DNA of 62,550 nt, filler included, from Collodictyon triciliatum (GCA_043381765.1; 17 parts of 17 records of this genome joined end to end with filler, not necessarily neighbours in it); one strand, 5' to 3'. Numbered from the whole stretch's first letter, positions 38,231 through 49,361 are shown. The notes: generated by a model from the sequence alone, not told the origin. Numbers and translations are program-made.

Positions 38231-38512
38231 TGCTGAAACACGCCCGCATTCTTCGCTACTCTGACCGCAAGCGAAGAGAGATGTGGGAATGTGTCGTAAG
38301 ATATCTCCCACAGCATATCCAACCCCTGCTACCGACGCAGCCAATCAACCATTTGGGTCGCCCACCTGACCAGCTCGCTATCACTGATTTCTTTCCAGTG
38401 CTAGCCTCTCCACGGTAGTGTCTTCTCTTACTCGCGTTTGCTCTCTCCCATGCGCTCCCATCCCGCCCCTTTGTATGGCATAACCTCGCTGCACTTTGAA
38501 TCGAATAAAGGA
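38231..38512 (+). mobile_element. 3' end of a probable inserted (retro)element: ORF C-terminus with PIP-box, short 3' UTR, terminal CACTTTGAATCGAATAAAGG
   Basis: Open frame LKHARILRYSDRKRREMWE...LGRPPDQLAITDFFPVLASPR* (stop ~38416-38418). GC content drops abruptly after 38512, where it abuts and interrupts the viral minor-capsid frame. Confidence 0.45.
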
Positions 38513-38667
38513 ATATATAGATTATATGGCTTGTTTTCAATAAACAGAAAATCTGATAAATCAAAAGTGAAATTATTGTTTGTCCCACTCACTCGTTTCG
38601 ACTCCGAATTAATAAAAAGATAATTGGCCTCATTTGTATTTCTCTCGTTAAACAGACAGCGTTGCAT
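38512..38667 (-). pseudogene. N-terminus of PLV minor capsid (penton-like single jelly-roll) protein, truncated
   Basis: MQRCLFNERNTNEANYLFINSESKRVSGTNNNFTFDL...KPYNLYI fits the hxI[DN]S..R..GT..NF.F.L start motif of PLV/virophage/NCLDV minor capsid proteins. Lies in the same cluster as MCP and ATPase. Confidence 0.6.
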
Positions 38668-38700
38668 AAATTACCATAGAATTTTTTTCTATATCAAATT
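38668..38700. promoter_or_regulatory. 33-bp bidirectional viral promoter with TCTA at -13 on both strands
   Basis: Plus strand TCTA-TATCAAATT-ATG(38701). Minus strand TCTA-TGGTAATTT-ATG(38667). The two motifs are separated by ATTTTTT. Confidence 0.55.
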
Positions 38701-39079
38701 ATGGAGCAAGATTATGATGAGAATATTGAACTTCCTGTTGCCGTGCCCGAAAAAAAAAGAAAAGAACGCTGACCCCCAAGCAGCTCAAAAAAAGCTCGAA
38801 CTGATGCGGCAGAAAAAGATGGCCAAAAAAAAAGCATCGCAAATGATTGAGGAGTCTGTAAGAAATTCGGTGAGAGACGCAGAGACCGAGGAATTCTCTA
38901 ATCTAAAAAGTGAACTCTCTGAGATAAAAGAAAAATTAAGAAAGAAAACAAAACCCCGGGATATTCCAAAGAAACGAAAAAAAGCTGAATCAGAATCAGA
39001 ATCAGATGAACAAGAACTTGGTACAAGTTACAGACAATCAACAAATCCATACTTGAATCAACTTGTAAGATTTAAATAA
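38701..39079 (+). pseudogene. Small basic/coiled-coil viral protein with two A-run frameshifts
   Basis: Reconstructed MEQDYDENIELPVAVPEKK/KRTLTPKQLK/KLELMRQKKMAKKK...ESESESDE...NPYLNQLVRFK*. ATG 38701 has the same promoter spacing as its neighbours. Confidence 0.55.
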
Positions 39080-39106
39080 TTATTTTTTTATAAAACAATT
39101 ATTTAA
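39072..39106. terminator. AT-rich hairpin (15-bp stem, 1 mismatch, 5-nt loop) overlapping both convergent stop codons
   Basis: TTAAATAATTATTTT-TTTAT-AAAACAATTATTTAA. The arms pair at 14/15 positions, and the mismatch is G-U in the minus-strand (MCP) transcript. Confidence 0.6.
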
Positions 39107-40864
39107 TAAAGAACTTGGGCGTTGTTTTTTCCGACGTCGAGAATACGTGTGTGCTCGATGATGACCCAACAAGTATAGTCATCTACAGGGTTCAATGATG
39201 GAAGATTTGCGGGAACTGGTGCCTCCCCAGCAGCGATTATAACTGAAGCGTGTTTGCAGGACCCGGCAAACTGAAGACCGACCTGCACAATACCACTGAG
39301 TTGCTGTTTGCATTGTATCCCGAAAGCTCAAATTCGTCCGAGTAATCTGAACGGGTCATTGACCACCCCAACGCGAACAGAGTCGGAGTTTTCCAGAATA
39401 TTTCTTCACATTCAATTACATTTGTGTTTTTATCAGTTGATGTATTTGCTGTTAAAATCATATGATTTTGAATGGCTTTGTTGCTGGCATAATTTACACC
39501 TGCGCTTGACCTCGGTAACATCAGTTGAGCTATTCCAGTATTTAGTGCGTCACCGACATTCAATTGAAGTGGTTGAGTAACCTGTTGACCGAAGTTGACC
39601 TGTCCCAGCATCTCAGCACTTATGTTATATCCCAATGCTTTCATTAAATAATTTAGGGCTTCTGGTTGCTTACACAAAGCTTGACCAACTACTGCGCTGG
39701 ATAAAAATCCGGACGCCGCAGCTGCCGTACCAGTAGTATTTTGGCCAGCGGCCGGAACATTTGCATAAGCTGGATTAGCTAATTGAATAGGGACTGATGG
39801 TAGCACTTTACCGTTGACTGTTAGACGGGTTTGTGAAAGCCCCTCAACTTCATGCATACGGTCCGGAACCTAGATATCCAAGATTACTCTATTCACAAGC
39901 TCGGGTAAATATAAGATAAATTGCATTTATATTTGAGTATTGAACAGAAATATCTTGTGTAACCCATCCTGTAGTTCTTCTTGGAATATTAAACTGAGTC
40001 ATAAAATATGTTTCAATTGGAATCTGTAAATTATTATTTATTAAATATTGTGAAAGAGCATTTTTATACGATGGCTCCGTTTGAATGTAGTTTATATTCA
40101 TTTTTAAATTACTTAGAGTATAATTAAGAGTTGTGTTTGTACTATCAGTCCAATACAAAAAGTCTATTACTCCATTACCGGCTCCTAGCGCACCGTAAGT
40201 TATCAAACCATGACTAAAGCACTCTGATGGGGGCGCCATCCAAATACGAATTTCCAATGAACTGGGACCCAGTAAGTAAGCAGGAAGTAAAGTCTTTATA
40301 TTCATTAAGCCAAGATATCTAAGCGGAAATTCAATTTGAACAGTGTTGCTTGTTGTGCCAGCTGCACCAACTAAAAACAATCTGGACCTATCAAAACACT
40401 GACCTAATCCCATTCCACCACTCATAAGATTCACCCAATTCTGATTATTACACCAATTATGTTTAAAAGTTTACAAGATATGAATAGTTGTATATTCGTT
40501 CGAGCTCACTTCCATTGAGATAAACAGCAATGCGATACACAAAAGACTCGTAACTTTCACAAGGAGCTAGAATTGGCAAAGCAGCAGCTCCGCTAATAAC
40601 ACTTCTTTTTAATCTATCCTGAGCAGCAACTGCATCTGCATCTAGTCCTTTTACGGTTAAATCAGCTATAATATGGGCGCTATCCATTTGAATCGGCCAT
40701 TCGTTATCAATTGGAATCCTAAAAACAATTTGAGGACCAGATGAATAAGTTGCTGTCTGCTCCGTTCCATTTGAGGGCAGTACTTGTCTCATTTGCTTTT
40801 CCAAAATAGTTTTCTTTTTTGACGATACATTTCTAAACTATAGCTCCTCCGGTAGTGAATCTAT
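39103..40864 (-). pseudogene. Double jelly-roll major capsid protein of a Polinton-like virus (about 587 codons, disrupted)
   Basis: Four ORF pieces join across 2 TAG stops (40838, 39889), 3 frameshifts (~40465, ~39865, ~39300) and an ATA in place of the start: (M)DSLPEEL*FRN...VLPSNG..Y..GPQIVFRIP...RIAVYLNGSELERIYNY...FPLRYLGL..KTLLP...LEIRIWMA...YTLSNL...LTVNGKVLPSVPI...EALNYLMKAL...FALGWSM...LSGYN...RILDVGKNNAQVLY*. This is the usual PLV MCP motif order. Confidence 0.85.
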
Positions 40865-40886
40865 ATTCTAAAAAAGAAAATAGTTT

Positions 40887-41297
40887 TTAATAACCTATTT
40901 TATTTCGGATATTGTCGTCGTATGATTTTATGACTTTTCCCAGGGATTCGTCCCGCCGTGCAGCTTAGCGAATTACAGGCGCGTATTTTTTCCATTGTTC
41001 AGCGCCTTTTTCAAATGGCTTTTGGAATTTGCTACCTTCGACAAGTTTTGCCATCGTTGTTCCTTTTTTCCCTTCTGCCAAATCCAAGCCTCATTTTACA
41101 TACACTTTATTTGCATTGTACACCTTTAGCGCCTGTTCACTGAGTCCATCCGTGGCAGTACGAGCCAAGTCGCGCAATCCTCCACCTGTGGCTTTATCAA
41201 CGGCATTGACTGCTTTCTCACCGACATTCATCCCCTTCCGTACAAGTTTTACTAGACTTTTTGTGAATCCCCTCAAGCTTCTCCATGTAAATACCAT
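40887..41297 (-). pseudogene. 136-aa viral protein with N-terminal amphipathic helix, two internal stops
   Basis: Single frame MVFTWRSLRGFTKSLVKLVRKG...VYVK*GLDLAEGKKG...YAPVIR*AARRDESLGKVIKSYDDNIRNKIGY*, filling the gap between ATPase and MCP. Confidence 0.7.
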
Positions 41298-41318
41298 ATC
41301 ATTACTTATAAAAAAAAT

Positions 41319-41842
41319 CTAGGTTAGCTCTTCCTCAAAATTTTTAAAATATAGTTGCGGGTTCGAATTACAAACGACATAAAGAAAATTGTATTTTTCC
41401 GCTGTGGCATATTCATAGAACTGCTGGAATTTTTCTTCTGGCAAATCTATAATGTCCTCATAAATGGATTTTACCTCGTTTTTACTTTTGCTTCTGTACA
41501 TTATAAAATGCGTGAAATTTGTCCGGTGGATTCTCTGGAAATATGTAAACTTGTGCGAAATCATAATTATGCTGAGATGCAAGTGCCGCGACTTTAAAAT
41601 TAATTTAGTCAGCTGGGTATGCCGGATGCTTTTCAGCTCATTGGCCAGGTCATCGATTATCAGGAGCGCTCTGAAATCCTCCTTCTCGAAATCCTCGTCA
41701 CCCTCTATATCCTCCTTTATGTAATCTGCTACTTCATTATTTATTGTCTGAAAAACACGCTCGTCTGAAAACTCGATCGAGTCCAGGGATTTATCATAGA
41801 CTTTCCCCTCGTCCGTCACATTCGGTGAGCAGAAATAAATTT
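41319..41842 (-). CDS. A32-like (FtsK-HerA family) genome-packaging ATPase, C-terminal part
   Basis: IYFCSP, Walker B LLIIDD, KSRH arginine-finger motif, IIMISH, IHRTN, YATAEKYNFLYV and YFKNFEE. Walker A lies beyond the contig end. Confidence 0.9.
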
Positions 41843-41942
41843 NNNNNNNNNNNNNNNNNNNNNNNNNNNNNNNNNNNNNNNNNNNNTTAATTAATTAANN
41901 NNNNNNNNNNNNNNNNNNNNNNNNNNNNNNNNNNNNNNNNNN

Positions 41943-42038
<96 letters not shown>

Positions 42039-42138
42039 GATGGTGGTCAGCCTCCGTTCTTCAGGCACAATCTTTCACTGGGCTGTCTTGATGGGCGTAA
42101 TGTCCTACTTACTAAATTGTTGCTGTTTGCTTCCACAG

Positions 42139-42326
42139 GAAACCCGCTCGAGGACAAACGCGCCGTCAAGATTCTCCAGTCCGGCCGCGTCCCTGTCAAG
42201 GAGCTTTTCCAACACATCCGCAAGAACGGGTCGCGCAGAAGTAAGAAATCCGGAAAAAAGAGTGCGGTCGACGAGGATGAGGATGATGAAGAAAACGACG
42301 AGGGCCACGACCAAGCGGACGAATAA
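42139..42326 (+). CDS. Terminal exon of a probable LRR protein (LRRC47-like cap plus acidic tail)
   Basis: CAG acceptor then GNPLEDKRAVKILQSGRVPVKELFQHIRK...DEDEDDEEND...DE*. Confidence 0.4.
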
Positions 42327-42716
42327 AAAAAAAGAAGAGGGAGATAATGGAAAGCAGGGACAGACTAAAACACTGACGCAAATGCATCCGTATTGCCTTC
42401 TTCGCTGGGTATCGTACCTCACCAGACATGCACGATCGGTTGCTCTACATATTCCCTATCCCCCATTCTGTTTTATTATCTTTCCATTATTCGATTCAAA
42501 GGCTCTATGGTTCATTCTGTTTTTGCTGCTTACCGCCTCGTTGTGGAGTCGACTCGCAAGTCATTCGTCGAAAAGGATACGCACAGTATAGTATTATTTC
42601 TTTTTTTTTTTTAAAAAAAAATCTTAAGAAAAAAGAGAGGAGAAAGAATTATTATTATTATTTTTTAGATAATTCATCTATCAAGAAACCGAAAAATGAA
42701 AAGGAAAACCACCAGC

Positions 42717-45400
42717 TCAAGCCGGCGATGAAAAGTGCCGAGCTCTCTTCTGCGGCTGACTCTGACCGCGCTCCTTCCCGTGCGTCTTGCGGATTTGGCT
42801 CTTTTCCCACTGCGCCGGGCTGCGACGCTTGAGCGGACTTGCATCTGACGGTGGCGTCCTTTTGCGGGTTTTGTCAGCGAAGCAGCGGTCTCCCCGGAAA
42901 AAGTCTTCGTCGCTCATCACGGGTCGTCCGCGCGCGCTTGTAAACTGCCCGGTGCCGCTCCGAAGCCAACTTTCGCTGGGTGCGTCTGCGCCAAAGTCCC
43001 GCGCTGCTCTCATTCGCCTATCGCCTCGGCGTGAGTCTGGGTGATGATACCGTTAATGATTGATTGATTGATTGATTGATTGGTTAGTTTGATTGATTTG
43101 ATTGATTTGATTTGATTTGATTTGATTTGATTTGATTTGATTTGATTTGATTGTTTTGGAGACGAATCATGTGGCGAAATGAAAAGCAAACTTCGTCGGT
43201 CTCGTGAGCCCTTGATGTCGAATGGAGAGGCGTCGTGACTGATGGGATAGTCTCGAGGAAAGCGTGCTTTCAGTGACTTGGAAAGATATGGGTCTGGTGA
43301 AGGATGCTGCGGGTTTCTTCGTGGGGGCGAGGAGGTAAGCAGCGGCTCGGAGTTTGGCTTTCCTGGCTGCTGTTCGATGCACGCATCAAAAGAATCAGCA
43401 ACTGTTTCTGTCTACATTATGATTTGGTAGACTTGGGCAAAATACAACGATAAAAAAAAATAAATTATGATCACTTTTCGTTTGTTTTTTGGTTGGACTT
43501 TAGGAGATTCTTCTGATTTTATCCCCTTGGCAGTCTTTGATAACGCGATGCATGATTCCATCAGCACTTTAGAGATTGCATTTTGCGAGACACAGTAATC
43601 TATTTACATATGAAAAAAAAAAAAGAAAAAGAAAAAGGAAGAAAGTTAAAATGTTACAAGCTATGAATTGGTGTAGCATTTCGGAAGTGATGGTTTGATT
43701 TTAGGAAAGACAATAAAAATAAAATAAAAAGGTAGACATATTGAGGAGAGAGGCGAGCCATGGTGAGTTAAAAATGAGTTGCAAGTAATTTTAGATCGAA
43801 TCACGGAAGAAAAAAAAAAATAGTAGGCGAGTTGCAAGTACCATCGGTTCCAGTAAAAATAGGGTGATTGAAAGTGAAGCCATTTTCAGAGCAAAAAGCA
43901 GCTGGTGACTTTGAGCCAAGAGCAATGCGAGGCGAATCATTGATAATTTCACGGATCTTGTCGATTTGTGTGTGCCATTCTGGTTTTGATGACAAAGGAA
44001 TGTCTAAATCCATTATGTACTGCGACAGTTGTTCCTTAATCTGACATGACATGCATTAGTAAATGGATCAGCACAGCCGAAGGGAGGAGGAGAAGGAGGC
44101 AGTCAAAATATCTTACTTGGCACGAATGTTTGAGTGAGTCAATTATTTCTTTTAAATCGCAATAATTATTATATATATATGTTTTTTTTTTTAGGATTTT
44201 CTTTTATAATCTTCAGTTTTGTGATTTGATTCAAATGTGGTGATTCACACGCAGAAGAAAAGATATATAAAATAACGCACCGTTGTGTTGACAAATTTGA
44301 TGTGGGACTTGAATTGTGCATTCTTCTTCAAGTTTCTGACACATGTAATATTTCTTGAGCGACAGAATGATTCCAAATCGAAATAGTCGTGCAAGGCCTC
44401 CTTCACGGTATATATCGAAGCAGGTTCTGTTGGGAAAAAAACAAAAGAAAGGATTGACATAACTAAAAATGTAAAAAAAAAAAAAAAATAGATAAATAAG
44501 AAAAATTAGATGATGAATCCAAGAAATACGACTAAATTTTTAGGGTTATGAAAATATATACGAGAATAATCATGGATGTATCGGTCTAAAGCGTTCTCGA
44601 TATATTCTTCTGTCTGCTCTATAATTGGATACAAAGCAGAGACAAGTGTGTGTCGGTCGATGACAACAAGTAACCCGCTGAACGACGTGTGGAATGGAAA
44701 CAAAGGAGCGAGCAAACTTATGGAGACCTTGAATCCATCATATATTGCATGTGAGTCCGGGAGTAGAGAAAAGCAACGTATATATATCTTCCATCAACAT
44801 TCATTCCTTCATTAGTATGATATTCTTTTTTTTTTTTTTAAAAAAAAAGGGGTACCATTCCATCATTATTTTGCTTGCATGCCTCTGGTTCCGTATTAGA
44901 TTCTATGCAGTCACGGCAAAATATATCAATTACACTTGGTGGGATGCATTTGTACCGACGGGTAGCATTTGCTCTTAACCCATCAACACCGGTGTTCGAT
45001 GACAATGCATCTTCGAAACATTCGGTCAATGCATCAAACCTAGCATAAAATGAATTAATTCCGGTGTATCGAGCAACGTAGTTAATAAATCAAAAATATA
45101 TAAAAAAAAGACAGTAAAAAAAGACAGTAAAAAAAGACAGTAAAAAAAGACAATAAGAAAAAAAGAAAAGAGTATGATAAGCTTTCACACCATTTCAATG
45201 GTGAAAGGCTCTTAATTGCAGCCTGTGTGGATACATCGTCTGCAGCATAGGGCTTTTCAGTGGCTACAGATTTGATGGAATCCCGCTCCGCAGCCGCACA
45301 AATGACCGGGACTTGGAGAAGGAGTTCGCAACCGAAAGCTTCGCAAACGCGAGTGGCAAAAACTTCGCGCTTCGACATGGTGTCTGAATATATTCATGTG
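42717..45400 (-). CDS. 3' part of a multi-exon gene of unknown function
   Basis: Series of GT-AG-bounded open blocks (KREVFATRVCEAFGCELLLQVP; FDALTECFEDAL; PLFPFHTSFSGLLVVIDRH; EPASIYTVKEALHDYFD; IKEQLSQYIMDLDIP) and a low-complexity last exon ending at TGA 42717. Confidence 0.55.
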
Positions 45401-45652
45401 AGTTCGTGGGAGACTTAAGGTCTAGTAAAAAGAAAGGAAAAGAAAGGAAAAGGAAAGAAAATAAAAGAAAATAAAAGAAAATAAAAGAAAATAAAAGAAA
45501 ATAAAAGAAAATAAAAGAAAATAAAAGAAAATAAAAGAAAATAAAAGAAAAGNNNNNNNNNNNNNNNNNNNNNNNNNNNNNNNNNNNNNNNNNNNNTTAA
45601 TTAATTAANNNNNNNNNNNNNNNNNNNNNNNNNNNNNNNNNNNNNNNNNNNN

Positions 45653-45723
<71 letters not shown>

Positions 45724-47874
45724 AAAGAAAAAAAGAAAAAAGAAAAAAAGAAAAAGAAAAAAAGAAAAATAGGAAAGAAGGAAAAAAGAAAAAAAGAAAA
45801 AAAAGAAAAATAGGAAAGAAGGAAGAAGAAAAAATGAAAGAGCTTAGACAACCCCGCCCGACCAAGGGTTAGGAAATCCCTGAGTTTTCAAGTGCGTGTG
45901 TTTAAACCATATCTTGGATTCCGCCTCCAAGACAGATCGCACAGCCAGGAATTAATCAAAGGACGACCGCCAAGAAGCCGCCCACAGGCTATATAGCGTT
46001 CCACATATATCTAAATTCCGTTGGCTGTCAAACGAAACACTGACCAAAATGACACATTCTACAAGCGACCAATTGCGCATTTTTATTTTCCACCTTAAAA
46101 AATAAATTAGGTATCATGAATCGGATTTATGGCAGATGAGCACAAGACTTCAGTTCGCACTGAAAGTCCGATTTGTGGTGGGTGCCCTTCAGAATCATGC
46201 AGACTGGCTTTCCAATCATCGATGTGCTATTCCGGGGTATCCTTTAAAGAATCATATGTCTTAATCGGACTTCATAATTATGTTTCTTTACGCATACCGC
46301 TTCGGTTGTTGCCATGAAGAGCTCTCAGCCACGCCCACTCTTTTACTCTCCGTGATGCGGCCGAATTTTTATGTAATGTTGATTTTAAAAAATTAACCAT
46401 GATTGTATATTCTATTAAATAAAAATCACTATTGAGGCCGTATTTTGTAACATTCCATTATTATCACAGGCAATTTTCTAATGTTATAGAAAAAAATGCA
46501 TGAAAGTGACAGTGGGCTACCCAGATTATATTGGTAAATTATGAAATATTGGTTCCATCCAATTGTTAATACAAAGAAAATATTTTTGTTGATTTCACTT
46601 CTGAAAAAATAACTGGTATGGAAATTTACTGTCTTTACAAGATAAAAAAGAAGGGAAGTATTCTAGCATCGAATAAAAACCTACAAGAGCTCGATTTATG
46701 CGATATTCGGTGTGAAAATTCCTGAAATATGAATTATTAAATATTAGTTGAGAAACATCTCAATAGATTCTGTCTATTGAATATAATCATCCATTGTTGG
46801 TTTAACACGATTTGTAATGCATCTTTTCAAAGATATAGTTGCTAAAGTTTGTGCCAATATCAAATGGCTTGCCTTAAGATCCCCTTTATTCTTTTAATAA
46901 TATGAAGGGGTGATTGCAAATAAATAGCAAACGAGAGAGTGACGTTCGTAAAAATGAATTAAATTTTTTGAAAGAGAACATCGAAAAGTGAGACATTCTT
47001 TCTCTTCTTAACGGACATATCTTGCCGTAGTTTGTCAATATTCGTCATGATTATGTTTTGGAGGAAAGTAATTGAGATTAAAAAAGGTGTAATTCAGTTG
47101 TTGCTTAGAGTTATCTTTGATCGTAATATCATGGTTTTAACTTAATAGTGCATTACCATGTAAAGATGGTGAGATTTCATAGGTGATTTTACCATCCGAG
47201 CCACTTAATATATTCTGCTAATGCAATACAGGCACTCAGTGTTCCGTTATTTCACTCCATGAAAGGAAGAATTAATGCCGTGGGAAAAAATAGCAGAACA
47301 GCTCGAGCATATTTATCAAAATAATAAAAATGGAGAAGGAAGTATTTGGACTGAAATTGTTCAAGTTCGAATCGTCCATTAAAATAAATTTTATATTTGA
47401 GTGTTCATTTTCTCAGGAAAAGGAGATTTGCAAGGGTCTTTCTCCAAATTATTCAAATTGAAAAAGTGTAAAAATCATTATTAACTCTGGTAGAAGCGCG
47501 GTCGAGAGACTCACGATCGCCCACAGACTCTGGCTTTTCCGCGTCAACCGGGTTTGCGACTTCGTTTCCACTCATCTCCTATTCACCACTTACGTGTTTT
47601 GAGGCAGGTTACAGATATTCAGTTTCGGTAATAACAATTTTTGTTCGGAATCATCTTTTGCGACCAACATAAACGACATCGATAATTTTCATTCACGAGG
47701 CCCAATTAATACACTTCAGTTATTCTACTAAGGCGCAAATAAATACTGTCGGACTGTAAAAATCTATAAACCCTCCCTTCCACTTAATTGGATTAAGGGA
47801 AAAAAAAACACTTCATTTATTCTAAAATTTCTCCACTCGTTGCTTTTATTTTTTTCATTTTATTTTTTTGGCTG

Positions 47875-49261
47875 CTATTGGATATCTTCGATGGCAAGTC
47901 CACGTTTGATATCAAGACCTGGTGACCGAAGTTCTTCAAAGCTCGGTCGCTGCTCTGCATTAGCATCCCAGCACTTGCGCATCATCTCAACGAGAACCTC
48001 GTCCATGTCACCCTTTATATCGGGTCGCAACCCTCTCAAGACGTGTCTTTGCAACTGAATCACGTCCATGCCTTCATAAAGCGACGCCCTGCTCTCGATT
48101 TCCCACACAAGAATGCCGAAGCTGTAAACGTCTGCTTTTTCGTTGTACCGAACCCCTTTCATAATCTACAGATAAGTGATTAACTTTACATATTGGACAG
48201 TTTAATACAGAACCACTATTCAGGTCGCAATCGAAAACTATAAATCCGCAAATTAAGATAAAAAAAACCTCGGGTGCTTGGAATGCGAGGGTTCCACACT
48301 TAGTCATCGTGCGGTTGTTTGCCCTGACGCGCGCAAACCCAAAGTCGCATATCTTGGCTTCAAACTCTCCGTTTACCTGAAAGAAAATCACCAAAATGAG
48401 ATTGCGAAATACATTTTAAAAATATATTGATAAAATGTAACATAGTTAGGTCGTCGTAATTATTTTTCAAGAAAAATTTCAAACAAGGATGTTTGATGAT
48501 TTTAAGTCTCGGTGAAGGATGACAGGCGATGAATAATGCAGGTAATGCATCCCATCAATGACTCCATTTACTATTTTCATCCTGGAGCAGAGAAATAAAG
48601 GTTTTTGCAAGGGTTTACATATGTAAATAAATAAAGTCAGAGAGGGAATGATAATGAATCGAGGGAGAACTTTTCTCTCTTGCTGATTTCAACAGTCCTA
48701 TCTTGAAGAAGTTGCCGAAGATTCCAAGGTTCTACAAGTTCCATGATAATTGCTAGGTTTGGAACATCCGTACAAGCTGCTATAAACTTGACGATGTTCT
48801 GGTGTGCCAGTTTCCTATCCATAAACACACACATACACACAATAAATAATACCGAAATATGAGTTTAAAGATAGAATAATGGTTAAAAAGCACGTACTTC
48901 ATGAATATTTGTTTTTTTTTTTTAAAAAAAAATTAATGAGACCTTATCATCAAAACTTCAGACATAAAGGGGATGAGGCTTTCATAAGCTCGTTGGTTTG
49001 CAATTTTCTTCACAGCAACTTTCATTCCCTTTTTTTTATATTAATATTAGCATTAGAAATTCACACAACAACATTATAAAATTAAATATCATAAACAAGT
49101 ACAGTATTTCCTTAATTCCCATGTTTTTAACATAAAAGGATACCTTATATTCTCCAACAAACACGGAACCATAAGACCCTGAACCGATGGATTTAGATTC
49201 CATATTCACATCAGCGATGTCAATTTCCCACGCCTTCTTCTCACGGAGACATAATTTAGTC
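47875..49261 (-). CDS. Tyrosine-kinase-like (TKL/Raf-like) protein kinase, C-terminal domain, multi-exon, 5' truncated
   Basis: WEID, IGSGSYGSV, VAVKK, HQNIVKFIAAC, HRDLKSSNIL, KICDFGFAR, MTKCGTLAFQAPE, KADVYSFG, CWDANAEQRPSF. Confidence 0.95.
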
Positions 49262-49361
49262 NNNNNNNNNNNNNNNNNNNNNNNNNNNNNNNNNNNNNNN
49301 NNNNNTTAATTAATTAANNNNNNNNNNNNNNNNNNNNNNNNNNNNNNNNNNNNNNNNNNNN

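Larger units (their letters stand above)
38512..41842. mobile_element. Endogenous Polinton-like virus (Preplasmiviricota) morphogenesis module, decayed
   Basis: Intronless, tightly packed genes (21-33 bp spacers): mCP, basic ORF, DJR MCP, small amphipathic protein and A32-like ATPase. This contrasts with the intron-rich host genes. Confidence 0.88.

Noticed and set aside
45840-47870. Possible ncRNA or gene in the 2-kb region downstream of the kinase
   Set aside because: No convincing ORF, splice chain or known RNA motif was seen.
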